Positions 12,491 to 25,519 of a stretch of DNA of 64,000 nt are shown piece by piece. How positions within the stretch are numbered: position 1 is the stretch's first letter; every line of letters begins with the position of its first letter. The position numbers were made by a program, and so were the translations under genes. Source of the DNA: Azolla caroliniana (Eukaryota > Plantae > Polypodiophyta); assembly GCA_043228905.1 (NCBI GenBank), contig JBHGNT010000011.1, positions 17,794,001 to 17,858,000 on the forward strand, given 5' to 3'. The notes beneath the pieces were generated by a model. It was given only the letters and a program-made list of their open reading frames with translations. It had not been told where the DNA came from and made no database searches.

Positions 12491-15400
12491 TTTTGCTCTC
12501 TATGAACACTTAAAAAATATCAATTTCTATCCTAGTCTCTCTCTCACACACACAAACGCAATCACAATGTGCCCCTCGATTGCAACATTCATTGGTAAAG
12601 TTCTTGAACATCGAGAGTTGTTACTCACTTTCACATGTATTACATGAAATGTAATCTTTTTGGTCTCATAGGTCATATTTGACCTTTGAAGGTGATGATA
12701 GAATCTCTCTCTCTCTCTCTCTCTCTCTCTTCATTGTATTGGAAAACCTTTGCATGCATAGTACATTAGTGATTCAAAACTAATAATGTATTATGCTTGT
12801 CAAAACTCAAACTAAGGACAAATATACAATTATGAGCCCGCACCGGATCACTTCTAGCGAGGCCATGTACATAAAAAGGGTTATTGAGTTCCTAAAATTA
12901 TATTAGAAGCAAGTAAAATGGTTTGAAAGACACATGAACAAAATTTTTGCAAGATATAAAGAAATGATTCAAACATAGGATACATCAATGAGCATTTTTT
13001 GAACATCAATGAATAACCATAAAAAACATATGTATTATGGAGGTCGTATTTTCGCAATTTCAATTTAATTAGAAAGACCCGAAATTAAGATACAATTGAG
13101 TTTTTTTACGATTTTCAATCCTGCACATCTCCATAAATAATAAGCATTACTTGAAATGCTCAATGGTTGGTTGTTCACTATTCTCCTAAGGCTTCTTGAA
13201 TGAACTCTTATAGTTAGTCAATACACAAACCAAATATATAGATTAATCATGATCCATGGCATCCTTATTGACTCCTTTAGTGCCCATAAACACACTACAA
13301 GAGCCTTCATGCGTCTTCAACTTACATCTTGTTGGTATTACTGGGAACTACTCCTTTCATGTGCATTGGAATTCCACATTTTCCCATGATTTCCTAAAAC
13401 TTAGCCCTTGGTATTGTCGTTCATGTTTCATATATTATAGTAAATATGTTGCACCAAACTACAAAGCCTGCTTCTTCTCCGAATGGGGAAACTGCATTCA
13501 TTAGTGCATGCTAGAACCTAATATGTTGTTTGTCATATATTGCACCTTATCTTCCATATGCATGAGGCACTCAAGTTCTCTTTGATATGAGATGGGGTAT
13601 TGGTGTCAATGCTAAACATAAAAACCATTAAGCAAAGAAAACATAAATAAAGAAAGGAATTTTTAATGTATAAAAGAAGAACATGAATGGTTTAGAACAC
13701 ATTAACTAAAAATTGGCAATAAACTAGAATAGTTTGAGGATGTCCAAACTTCCTTACATACAATATTCCTAGTGTTGTGCATGCTCACCATCTAGCAGTA
13801 CCGCATGTTTGCCAGTTGGAAATTATGCATGTTCACCACTTGCTTGCAATGATATATGTTGAATGGGTTTATATATGTATAATTCTATGACTATAGTGAT
13901 AACCTATGAGCTAAAATATAATGCATAGACTCAAATCCCCAATATAATCTACGCCCTTTTTTATGTTCATGACAATCCCCACATGCAACAAGACTAATTT
14001 ATTATGCATATTTCACGTTGAACATGTTCACAAGTTTATCACAATTTGATGAAAGGCTTCACCTTTGAACATATCTAAGTTTTTTTGTCCAATCCATATG
14101 AAAATTTCCTTCATAATCAATGCGCACTCTCAATTTTAATGCTCACTAGTAAAATATTTGAAGATAGAGAAGAGAGTCATTACTCAATTTTACACATATG
14201 ACATGAAAATGTTTTACTTTTGGTCTTCTACATTATATTTGAAGATCATAAAATCTTATCTATTTGTGTATGTATGGATATATGTTCAATATGAGAAAAC
14301 TTTTGTTTGATCCTCGCCCCACCCCATTGATTGTATTTAGTCTATGTGGACAATAATATATCTATATATTCTCTCTTTCTCTTCAATTGATATGGAGGAG
14401 CAGAATGTTGAGATGGTTGCTACATGTCAAGAAGATTAAAATGTATAACGCGATTTATGTTGCATGCAAAGGTTAAGGTTTTCCATATTATTGGACAATT
14501 AGAATACATGTCGATACGGTTAAGAGACAATGACATCTAGGAGCTTTCAAGTACATAAATAGGAGCAATGTGTCAACTACTACTAGGATTTGGACACCTT
14601 AGCGTAACCGGGACACTAATGGTGGGGTTTGAGGGTCTTGTGCACGATCAACTATGTAATAAGCACATAAATGTGGGGTGTAAAGGTCTTACGCATATCC
14701 CAGTAAGTAAATGATGCACATTCATTGTTGTAAGGTCCACATTAAATGGGCCGATTGTTTTTACTCAAGTAGGTTAAGTAAAGGTCATTATTATCCCTAT
14801 ATGATAGATTCACATTTAGTATAAATAGTTCAACTTACTACACATCCTAAAATCTTATAGAGTCCACTATCTATCTCTTGTGTATTTGAAGTCAATCATT
14901 AGTAATCCATGCCATTCCCTATCAAATGCATACAACATGAAAATGGTTTTGGAGATTGCCACTTGCCCAATGTTTCCTATTTGTATTGTGACACCACAAA
15001 TAGGAGGCATTGGAAATGTGGATGATGATGTTGTGTGGGTATACAATATTTTTAGTTGGTTTGATTTGCCAAAAGTACAACTTATGTAGGCTTCTATGTT
15101 GCATGTATCATACAAATTTCACTACATGATAAGGATGTTTTTATGTCATTTCTTTAACATCTCCACATAATGTTATATATATTCCATTGTGGAGTGAATT
15201 CTTTCCAAGAACATTTAAACGTATAAAAATGCTCACATTTGACATGATTATAATGTATCCATTTTGGGGCACGTTAACCTAATGGAGCATACATGTAACA
15301 ATTGATGAATTCAAGTACCCTGACATTTGTGCATATTCCAGTTTACTTATACTAGCATTATGTGAACATTGTGCATTGGAAGTGGTACCTCCCAATCTCT

Positions 15401-16324
15401 TTTTATTTGGACACATTTGTCATAAATTTCTCTATTGTTAATATGTTTTTTGACAGGCAGTAAAAAAACCAGATATTGGTATTTTTCGATTGTCGGTATG
15501 AATTACATTGTTCTCACTCGTGTAATACTTACAATGACGACATTATGGCAATAGACGGATATGACAAATTTACCATGTGAGTTTTCTTGAGAGAACATTG
15601 GTATAGCTAACAACTTATGCACAAGGAGAGTATTTCAAGAAGTTAAAGGCACTCTATTTTCCATACATTCCATGCTATTAAGATCTATGGTTCAAAGACA
15701 TACTTTCTTTCACATGATTTTATAATCACTCCACTGACATGAAAAAAAGCAGCCCATTCCCCCGTAGTCACATGATAGAATTGCATATCAATGCTCATAA
15801 ATGAATGAAAATTCTATGGACAAACACATACATATGCACACATTCAAAACACATCCCCACATTCAAAATAACTACAAAAAATGTACACTCATGTAACGAT
15901 TGCCCAAAGTATACCAATTGACCCTAGGTCTATGTTGGTATGACAAATAAGTACATGATATTCATAGTCCACTAGGTTTTCATTGCATACCTTGCATATC
16001 TTCATATTACCATTTTGTGATTGAGCAAACGATTATTCAAGAGCATATGGGTTTAGTCTCTAGATGTATGACGATCGTAAAGAGGCCAAAAAGGAGCTTG
16101 AAGCAAGTAAAGAAGTGGAATAAAATGTAAATTGTGTGACCAACATATTTATTTAAGCTGAAAGTTAGAACTTAAACTTAGTTAAAAATCAAGGGTAATT
16201 ACTTGTATGTATGTATTTCATGTACAACCTTAGGATGTATTACTTGTATGTACGTATTTCATGTAATATCTTTTCCAAAAAAAAAAGAGGTTTGAGAAAT
16301 TATAGATGCAATCCATTTATAAAT

Positions 16325-16495
16325 AAACTTGTAAACAAGATGGTTTTTTTCACCCCACGTCTTGGAAGGACCTTGCATGAGGGCTTTTACTACTCGACAT
16401 GTTGGTTGATGTGGGTATAAGGGTTATATTTTATTGTACGAGTTCTTTGTAGCCTTTGGGCATCTTTCCATTAATACCAAGGTGAATCTTTATCT
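16325..16495 (+). mobile_element. Short 3'-end fragment of the LINE family found at 25.5-28.6 kb
   Basis: GAGGGC.TTT.CTA.TCGACATGTTGGTTGATGTGGGTAT...GAGTTCTTTGTA.CCTTTGG..CATCTTTCCAT...CAAGGTGAATCTTT is shared with ~28493-28606. Confidence 0.65.
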
Positions 16496-19400
16496 ATTTA
16501 TTTTACACTTGTACACAATCCAACGTCAATCAAAGATTTATAATGTACCTTAATCAAACTTGTAAGTTTGTTTGGCACTAATACATTTGACATGGGTTAA
16601 AATCATCATATATATAGTTTAAAGTTTAAACAATATGTTCCATTTTACTTGAGAGTATGGTGGCCCTCTTTGTTTGTGAAAGAAGTGTGTTCATCACAAG
16701 CGGTGATAGTGTAGTCTCTATGAAGTATATTTGATGCTATGAAGCTTTTTTGAGCAACATTTGTGTTTTCTCTCTATCTCTTGTTATTACATCATTTGAT
16801 ATCATGAGCGGATAGTAAGGTGGCCATAGATACACACACACACACGTTCAATGTAACAAAGAAATGAGATTGTGCATGGTTCAGATAATTTTGCTTCAAT
16901 GATTTTTTATTTGTAACGTGTTCTCTATTTTTAGACAATGTGGGGAAATTCTCTTAGAACTCTAAAGTTTGCTACGAGAGAAACTTGATGAATCAAAACT
17001 AATGATTTAGAAAATGTGAGTGATCACCTAAAATACAAGCTCATATACTTGCGATGTCCATTATTGGAAGCCCTAGGTTTCCATATTTCCCTTTATTTTT
17101 CTGAATTCTTGAATTTGACTAGTTTTTAGTCACCTCCACACCGTTCGAGAGAGACAAGCTTTATCTTGACAAAGCCTTTAGAAAATGGGGTAAAGCCACT
17201 AACTGCAACAACGAGTTACTTAAGACATTCTAAAATAAGTATTTCAATGCAATTATGAGCTTGGTCTTGGGATGAATTAGTTAACAACTATTCTGAAATT
17301 ATTAGAGGCCCAAGCTAACCCTATTAACTTCTAATACGAAGCAAGCGGGCATAATAGAGGAGAACTTATGCACTAGAGCGAATTGCATTCAAATTAATCA
17401 TTTAGGTGCCAGTGGATATTGGAATGAAGTATGCAACCATTAAAATTACATAATCCAAATAATCAATCAGGTTGGATCAGGATGGTCAAATGCTTGAGGA
17501 AGAGATTAGTTTAGAAATGCATGAAAAGGATGTCAATGTGGGTTCGGAAATGCATACAAGTACATTGACAAGGCTAGTGATAGATTGACATGTTTTACGT
17601 ACATTTCTAGCTACTTAAAAACACGAGCCTTTCTCTCTCTTTCATAGTCCACATTGACCTCGTTAGAGATGTTAATACACTTTTTCTACTTCAACAAATT
17701 ATTGGTAATGTTTACGATTACATATCTATTTCTAAATACAATGCATTGTTTTTATCAAGATTTATGATAAATAACATTATCCTTTGAATAGAGGACAAAT
17801 AGAGATTTTTTGGGTTTTACAAATGAAGGCCTCTTTGGCTTCTTGTCACTTTCAGTTTTTCACTAAAGTTGAAGTTAAAATATTGTAAGCACGAGATGTC
17901 ACCATGCCTTTATAGGTTATTTTTCGTAGCATAACTGGATCACTTAAAACGAGCTAAAACCACGTGTTATTATCTAACAAATTAGTTTGCTTTAAAAATT
18001 CGACACCTATACTCTCCTTGTGTGCATAACTCCATTAATCTACAACTGACGCCTTCGCATACAATAATCATAACTCATAGTCAATTAAGCTTCAAAATCC
18101 TCCCAAACTTGCAAGTTCTCACTTCGAATATGACAAATTAAGACATTTCCACTTTCGTGGGATGTAAATTAGTACTTAAAACTCGTACTCAATGACACTT
18201 GGTAGTTCATTACTGCGTAAGGTATACTTATCTGCTTAAACTTAAAATTTCATATAATTAGGAGCCTCAACTTTGACCAAGCATATATCGATAATGTAGA
18301 GATATAACCTAGCATACTCTCGTATTCTTTATGACATATAAGAATACTTTCATGTAAATGTCTATAAACATACCCACGTACATATAGATAACATATATAC
18401 AATATAATATACACATACATAGGAATGATATGCTCATCCATACATGAGCATGACATAGACATAACAACTCCAACTCATTATACTTCAAGTGGATTTGCTT
18501 GGCCAATTCACGATATATTTGTGATGTGAACAACCCAAGTTGATGACAAAGATAACAATATTTTGCTTCTCATATGCTTCAACATGTCAAGTAACATTAA
18601 TTGCTTCCATACATAACCATCAAAGCCATTGTTTTCTTTTAAAGTGTTGTCGCAAGCTTAGATCTAGGCTCAAAAGTTTTAACTAGTTTCCAACACATGT
18701 CAAAACTCGTAACTTTATCTTCCCTCGATAGATTTTGTGGAGGTGCCACGACATACAAATTTTTTCGAACTAAAAATGGTGTTTTATTTTATTTTTTGAT
18801 TTTAGAGTATTGATGTGTTCAGTGATGAGACTGAGGTATATGGACATTGTCTTACATAGCTTTTTTAATATTCGAAAACACTTAATCCCAGGTTGTTTCG
18901 ATCAATGAGTTATCGGTTATGTTTTAATGTCTGTTGAATAGAAACGTGTCATTTTCTAATCTAATGTATCATCTCTTTCAAAGTGCACGATATATTGTAT
19001 CCTTATGACAAAGAAACAAAACAACATTACTAATAAATCCTCTTATCAATTTTGATTTTTTTTCTACGACTTGTCTGGAGGTTCGTATCGGTGTCGTTTT
19101 GCGTAAGCATTCCAACTCAACTCAGCCTGAAGATGTTACATCTTATCTCAAACTTCTTAAAATAGGTAGGAAAGGTACAAAAAAGTATTCAAAAGCATGC
19201 CCTATGATTTGACAATTAGTTTGCTTACAATTTTTTGGCATTTATGTTTTCCTTGTGTACATGCCCACGTTCTGAAATCCGTTTCCTATCGAGAGAGTGG
19301 ATGAAGATAGACTAATTGCAAGGTAAAAAACGAAACCAAGGGTCGAACGCACATTTATTGAAGAGACATTGCATGTGGTAAGTTCTAAGCTAGAACTTTT

Positions 19401-20140
19401 GTTCAATTGGTCATGGATATTCTCAAACTTCACTTTCACATATGCGTAGTTAAAAAAACAAAAAGCGTGAAAAATTGATCGATCAACCAAAATGTGAAAA
19501 TTCAACTAAACACCATATCGCCGAAGGCACCCGATCTGACCCATAGAAAATATAGCAAAATTTATAACCAAATAACATGCCGAAATGTTTATTACATACA
19601 CGGTACCATCATGTCTTCTTCCTTAATGCGGGAAGGGAAGGTGGGAGGGGGATTGAATATCTCATGTAACTGAAATACTCTTATGATTCAATAATCAATT
19701 AATGAAAATGAGTCATTAAAGAAATATTCCTTGGGGGAAGGATCAGCCAAACAATCAAGCACAAACTCCTCGACCCAATGAATTTGTGATTCGTGGAGAG
19801 CTTAGGAGGTGCGACAAAACATCGAAAGGATTGGAATTTCGGAATTCTTTTTTAAGGAGCAGGAATGAGCATCGAATATAAATGAAGGTGCTTTATTGAG
19901 CATACTAAATCATAACATTCAAGATTGATGCCCTCTCATTTATTTATATTAATCGGCTCACATTAACTATGATCGTAAAGCAAACCAACTTTTTGAGCGT
20001 GTGTAGTTCGCGTTTCAACTATCACCCCCCAAAAAAGCTTGCAAACGGTTGAGGTAGAATGAGTACATGCAATAGTTAAAAGGCACTTGTAGAGGAAGTA
20101 TTAAAAGTTAAAAGTTAAAACTACTCTCATTCTCTCTATT

Positions 20141-20191
20141 ATACACACATACGCATACACATACGCATACGCATACACATACACATACACA

Positions 20192-20252
<61 letters not shown>

Positions 20253-20295
20253 ATACACATACACATACACATACACATACCCAATACACATACGC

Positions 20296-20338
<43 letters not shown>

Positions 20339-20350
20339 TACCCATACACA

Positions 20351-20399
<49 letters not shown>

Positions 20400-20403
20400 T
20401 ACA
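20141..20403. repeat. Compound hexanucleotide microsatellite (ACACAT)n, ~260 bp
   Basis: Directly visible; variants ACGCAT/ACCCAT and occasional 5-bp ACAAT units; explains the MCMC/VYVY/CVCV pseudo-ORFs. Confidence 0.97.
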
Positions 20404-20836
20404 ATGGTGTTGTTGTAGATCACAAGCGGAGTTTGTTATGCAACAGAAGAAGTGAGATGTAAGAAGCTCCAGATGATGAGAGAACAGGTTAAAAGAAACA
20501 TTTATGGTTTTTGTCTTACACATGGGCCATGGCTCTCTCTCTCTCTTTCTCTCTTTTCATTGGTAGCTACACATCAAACTACTTTACACAAAAACACCCA
20601 TAAGTTTGAAAGAAAAAATATGTGAGAAACACAGAGACCTCTCTCTATAGACACTTAAGCCCCCCTAAGTCTAGGTAGAGAGTTTTGGAGATGAGACCCC
20701 ATAACAAACATGATGTGAGGCCTGTCTTTTGACAACCAAAGTGCTGCTGCTGGTTTTTTCCTTTATGTTTTCTCTTATACTTTTGTATGTGTGGATGTGT
20801 GTCACAAAGATTTGACATATATGTCTTTGTGATCTA

Positions 20837-20931
20837 ATGGCTTCTCATGGTTTCAACGAGGTACCCAACAGAAAAGATGAGGCAGGAGAACCAGAATTTG
20901 ATGAAGAAGATGATTATGATGATGATGATGG

Positions 20932-20963
<32 letters not shown>

Positions 20964-23215
20964 ATGAAGAAGAAGATGGTGTTTTTTCCAATGGAAACGA
21001 GGTTGAATCGAGGAGAGGGGGAGGAGGAAGAAGGAGAAGAGGAACATGGAAGAAAGAGAAGAAGAAGAAAAAGAAGAAGAAGAAGAGAAGAGATTCCTCT
21101 GTAAGTAGTAGTTTGAGAGGCGGATTACAACTCAAGAGATCTTCTTTGATGATGGCAGGAAGGAGGAGAGGCCCTAGTACACCCGTTCCTTCATGGAAGC
21201 TTATTGATCATGGAGACCCACATGGAATATACATGGGAAAGGTAATAGATTCTACTCCTCAATATCAGGAGGCCACCCATCGTGTACAAAATGGTGGTGG
21301 TGGCTGCTTGAAACCCCCCTTGCCCAAGCTGCCCACTGCTCGATTGTCCGCCCGTAAGCTTGCGGCCGCCCTTTGGGAGGCTCATCGATATTCGGCCCTG
21401 ACAACACCGCAACATGTAAGTTGTTCCCCTAAATGCTTATTCCATTCATTCAATCAGAATGTAGTGCTGCCAAAGCAAGCTTTCCCCTCCCCCCTTTTTG
21501 TATCAGGAACCCTAAATGGATTAATTTCATAGTGTCTAAAACGAAATTGTTTCCATTGCAAAAGAAAAAAACACCCCCTACTGGTATTAAATAGATTAGA
21601 TAGTGTCTAAAGAAAGTGGTTGTTCCTCTTTGACACATGAAGATGGTATTCTGTAGCTTTTTCAGTAAGTTGTTTACTCTGCTAACAAAAAACCCTATGA
21701 AGATCCATGATGAAAGGCCTCATTTAGTTGAGACCCAAATTTAGGATGAAGGAATAAATATATTTGGGATCCAATATAAATTCTAACCAAATTAATCAAT
21801 TCCCACATATCTATAGACCATTGTATTTGATCTACAGATTGATGTGGAGTATGGAATGGAAAGAATTCTATTTATTGATGATCATTAAATGGCTTAGTGA
21901 ACTTTCTTTTGTATGCATTTTGTGACCCTAACAGGAAGCTCTTTCAACAATCCCAGTTTTTGAAAAAAAGGATAAGGCATTTAGGCGGCCAAAGTTGGAT
22001 GAGATGCACGAGATCCTTGACCAAGTGTGGAACCTTGAGGAGCAACATAAATCAAGTATATTGGTAGTTGCTAATCTTCGCCGTGAGCTTGATCGGTGCC
22101 ATACCCATTTACAGGAGCTTATGGAGAATGAGAAAAATCATGGGAAAGACATGGAAATCCTCACGAGGAGACTAATGGAAGAGAAATCCATGTGGCGGGA
22201 TCAGCAAGAAGAAAGCATCCAAATCGCACTCCAATCCATCAATGAGGAGCTTTGTTATGAAAGGAAATCAAGAAGCAAGCTCGAAAACCTTCATAGGAAG
22301 ATGAAGACAGAGTTCCACGATGTGAAAAAAGCTCTCAGCAAGGCTTTGCATGACCTTGAGAGGGAACGGAAAGCTCGAGAGTTAATGGAAGATGTGTGTG
22401 ATGAATTGGCAAGAGAGGTGGGAGAGGAGAAAGCAAGGGTCGAGGAACTAAGAAGAGAGTCAGCTAAAGTTAGGGAAGAAGTAGAGGAGGAGAGGAAAAT
22501 GCTTCATATGGCCGAGATTTGGCGCGAGGAAAGAGTTCAAATGAAGATGATGGAAGCAAAATTTGAGATTGAAGAAAAGAATGCTGCACTTGACAAGTTA
22601 AGAATCGAACTCGAGACCTTTCTTAAGATGAAACGGGGGGTTGATTTGGACAGTCATATTGTCAAGAATGATGGACATGGTTCCGTGTTGGGAGAGGAAG
22701 GTGCTCTCCATTCTATCAGAGTAAACAACATCGGAACCCAGTGGAAAAAGTGTTCTATGAACCAAGCAGGCTCAAATGAAGAGAAAACAAAACAGTGGCT
22801 TATAATAGGTACACCGCAAGGGCTTGACCGAACCAGAAGTATCCAATTAGAAAGCAAAGTGCAACGAGATTTTGATAATGAGGATTTACCTGATGCCAGA
22901 TGGGTGGACAATGCGGACATTGATGGATTGAGGAGGAGCTCCCTAGGAAGGAGGAAAGGCCAACATTGGCTGCATCAAATAGTGGGAAACACAAGAAAAT
23001 CAACATTTGGACATCTGCATCATCAATCTCGTAGTAAATCAAGTCCTACCAACCATCGGAACCGTTTTTGGTCATCCTTGGACCCACTACAATGCCCGGG
23101 TAAAGGGTCAAAGGAGATATCAACGAGGTTCAAGGAAAATAGTCTCCAAACAAAACTCTTAGAAGCCAAGCTAGAGGATCATCAACTTGAAAGATTGAGA
23201 TCAGGCAAGGGTTAA
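20837..23215 (+). CDS. Plant coiled-coil protein of the BRANCHLESS TRICHOME/At5g41620-like family, 2 exons, ~619 aa
   Basis: Exon 1 20837-21415 (GTAAG donor, phase 0) and exon 2 21935-23215 (ACAG acceptor, in frame). Family motifs GPSTPVPSWK, SARKLAAALWE, ERERKARELMEDVCDELARE, EERKML.MAE.WREERVQMK and C-terminal NSL..KLLEAKLE. Confidence 0.85.
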
Positions 23216-24057
23216 AAAAAATCATGTGTAGCCCTAGTTGATTATCTAGTGTTTAGCATATGTCACCAAAAGAGCTCGCTAATTTCGTCTTTGTAATACT
23301 TTTTAGGCCAACTGTAAAGTCTCTTGTTCCAACTTCTTTTTACCACCAGGCTCTAAGTTGAGATTTAAGCGATAAAGTTGCCCACTTATAGACAAGTCAA
23401 AATTTATGTCATTGCTTGGAGCTGTATTTGCTTCATGCTATTACCGTCGTGACTATAGGACAAGCATGTTACCAAGTGGCAGTCATTCTGCTGAACAGTG
23501 TAGCTTTGTATCTAGTAATGATTCTTTGTCCAGCAGCTCAGAAAATGCTTCAGTCTCCCTCTGGCGGCAACACATTTCGGAAAATGCCTCAGTCTCCCCT
23601 GATGACAACTCACAACCTCTTGTTGATCGTCATCTTGTCATGGATCCTTTTGGTGTGTACTCACAAAGAGACACATGATTCAAATTAGCTTCTTTAATTC
23701 ACATGATCGTACCATGATCTTGTGTCATCTTGTGTTTGTGTTTGGTTTCCCTATCATTATCCATCCATTCTTCTATCACCGTTGACCTTGAATTTGGGTC
23801 ATTGACCATATAGCATCCTATAGTCCACTTGTCTTGGAAAGGGATTGGCAAGCAGCTGCCCTTGGCATCCATAAATGTAGAAACCTTCTAGGGTATCTGG
23901 AAACCACACCAAGCTGAAAGCTATCTAGTTAGTGTGTGACATCCTCAGTCTCATGGATGATACAAAGGAAAGTTATTCGTCTAAGGCTAGATCTAGATCG
24001 AAAGACTCAATAGATCTTTACCTATTTAAAGTCCCTTTACACCCTTGATTGACATGT

Positions 24058-24080
24058 CCCCCCCCCCCCCCCCCCCCCCC
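24058..24080. repeat. Poly-C tract (C23)
   Basis: Directly visible homopolymer. Confidence 0.95.
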
Positions 24081-25519
24081 GGTTGTTTTAACTAGGTACC
24101 AAGGTTGTGCTTGATGTATATTGATGGATCTTGCTCACATGCAGATTCCTCAAACAACCATGTCACGATGTTTTTTTTTATGTTGATCTTTTATAGGGAA
24201 CTTCTTCAATTGTCTTGGCAGATTATAATGGTTGTATTGTAATTGAGTCTCACATGTCACATACTCATGTTTTGTCCACTAGCTAGGCTTCTGTGCGATG
24301 TTAATGCCTCTCAACACATTTTTTATTTGCATTTTTCTTGTTCCATATTCTTTAAGGCTGATCATCTTTTCAATGATATGGCACATGTTTTGTTCCACAT
24401 CGACATCACATATATTTTAGTTACTGGCAACTGCCAATGCTTTGCTCACATAAAGCTATTTTCTTTACCAATCAAAATACATGCAATCCTTGGATCTTTG
24501 TGGGGATGGCATGCACATGAATTGGCGTTTACCCATATGAATTTCATGCTATGCAAAAGAAACTAATGAAATTGTACAAAAAGACTATTAGGTAGGGTTG
24601 AGGGCTGAGTTTTGCTCCTAGATTTGTTGGCCAGTGACAAAAACCCAAACACCTCATCTTGAAAGCTTCGTTTAAGGTTTTTAATGACAAAACCCCAAAC
24701 ACCTCATCTGGAAAGCGTTGGGGGGATAAACCTAGGGTTTAGCCATGAGATACGAATATGCCTTGTCAAGGAGTTCCAAATTCCAAATTTGTCCCAATTT
24801 AAGGAAGGGCATACAACTTGTAAGGTATATATGTAGTTTATTTGTATGGTCAACTATTCCTTATATTCATGGAATCATTTACATCCTTCTTTCCTTAGTA
24901 TAATTGTGTTGTAATAAATTATAATTACACTAATGAGACATTGCTTATCGTGATTGATTGTCCAACATGTTTTGATTTCCTCTGTATTATAGAACCTTTA
25001 TTGTGACCAATCATAATCGAGATTGAACTTCATGGTTCTCCATTGGCAGTCAGTTAATTGAGGAGAAACAATATTTTTTAGGAAATGCATATGAATATTT
25101 TAGATTGGAAAATATCTAGATCAACATGGCTGCAATTGGTAGGACGTGGAGCTAGCAATAGAGTTCTTTGAAGCATGAAGCCATGATAAACAATAATATT
25201 TATGGGGGGAGCTACACATCGTGGAAGTTCAATATGGCCACTATATTTGATGGACTTGATGTAGATGTCCCCCTACTTGTCATTTACAACACTTTGGGAA
25301 AGCGCTCCAACAAAAGTTCAATGCATGCTAGAAATTGACATATAACCCACCCAACAATTACATTTTTGAGGACACAACTAAGCACTATTTAGTTTAGCCA
25401 TGCACGTAAAAAAAAAAACCCAACTCAAACACAAGTACATGTACCAAAAGAAGTTATCTCCAATATCTCAAAAAGAGAAATCATGGATCGATATATGCTA
25501 AGTTGGAAGTGGTAGTGGT

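Noticed and set aside
20101-20523. MCMC/VYVY/CVCV repeat ORFs resembling metal-binding peptides
   Set aside because: Translation of the (ACACAT)n microsatellite.
20853-21135. Poly-His, poly-Met and poly-Phe ORFs
   Set aside because: Alternative frames of the GAT/AAG repeats in the coiled-coil gene.
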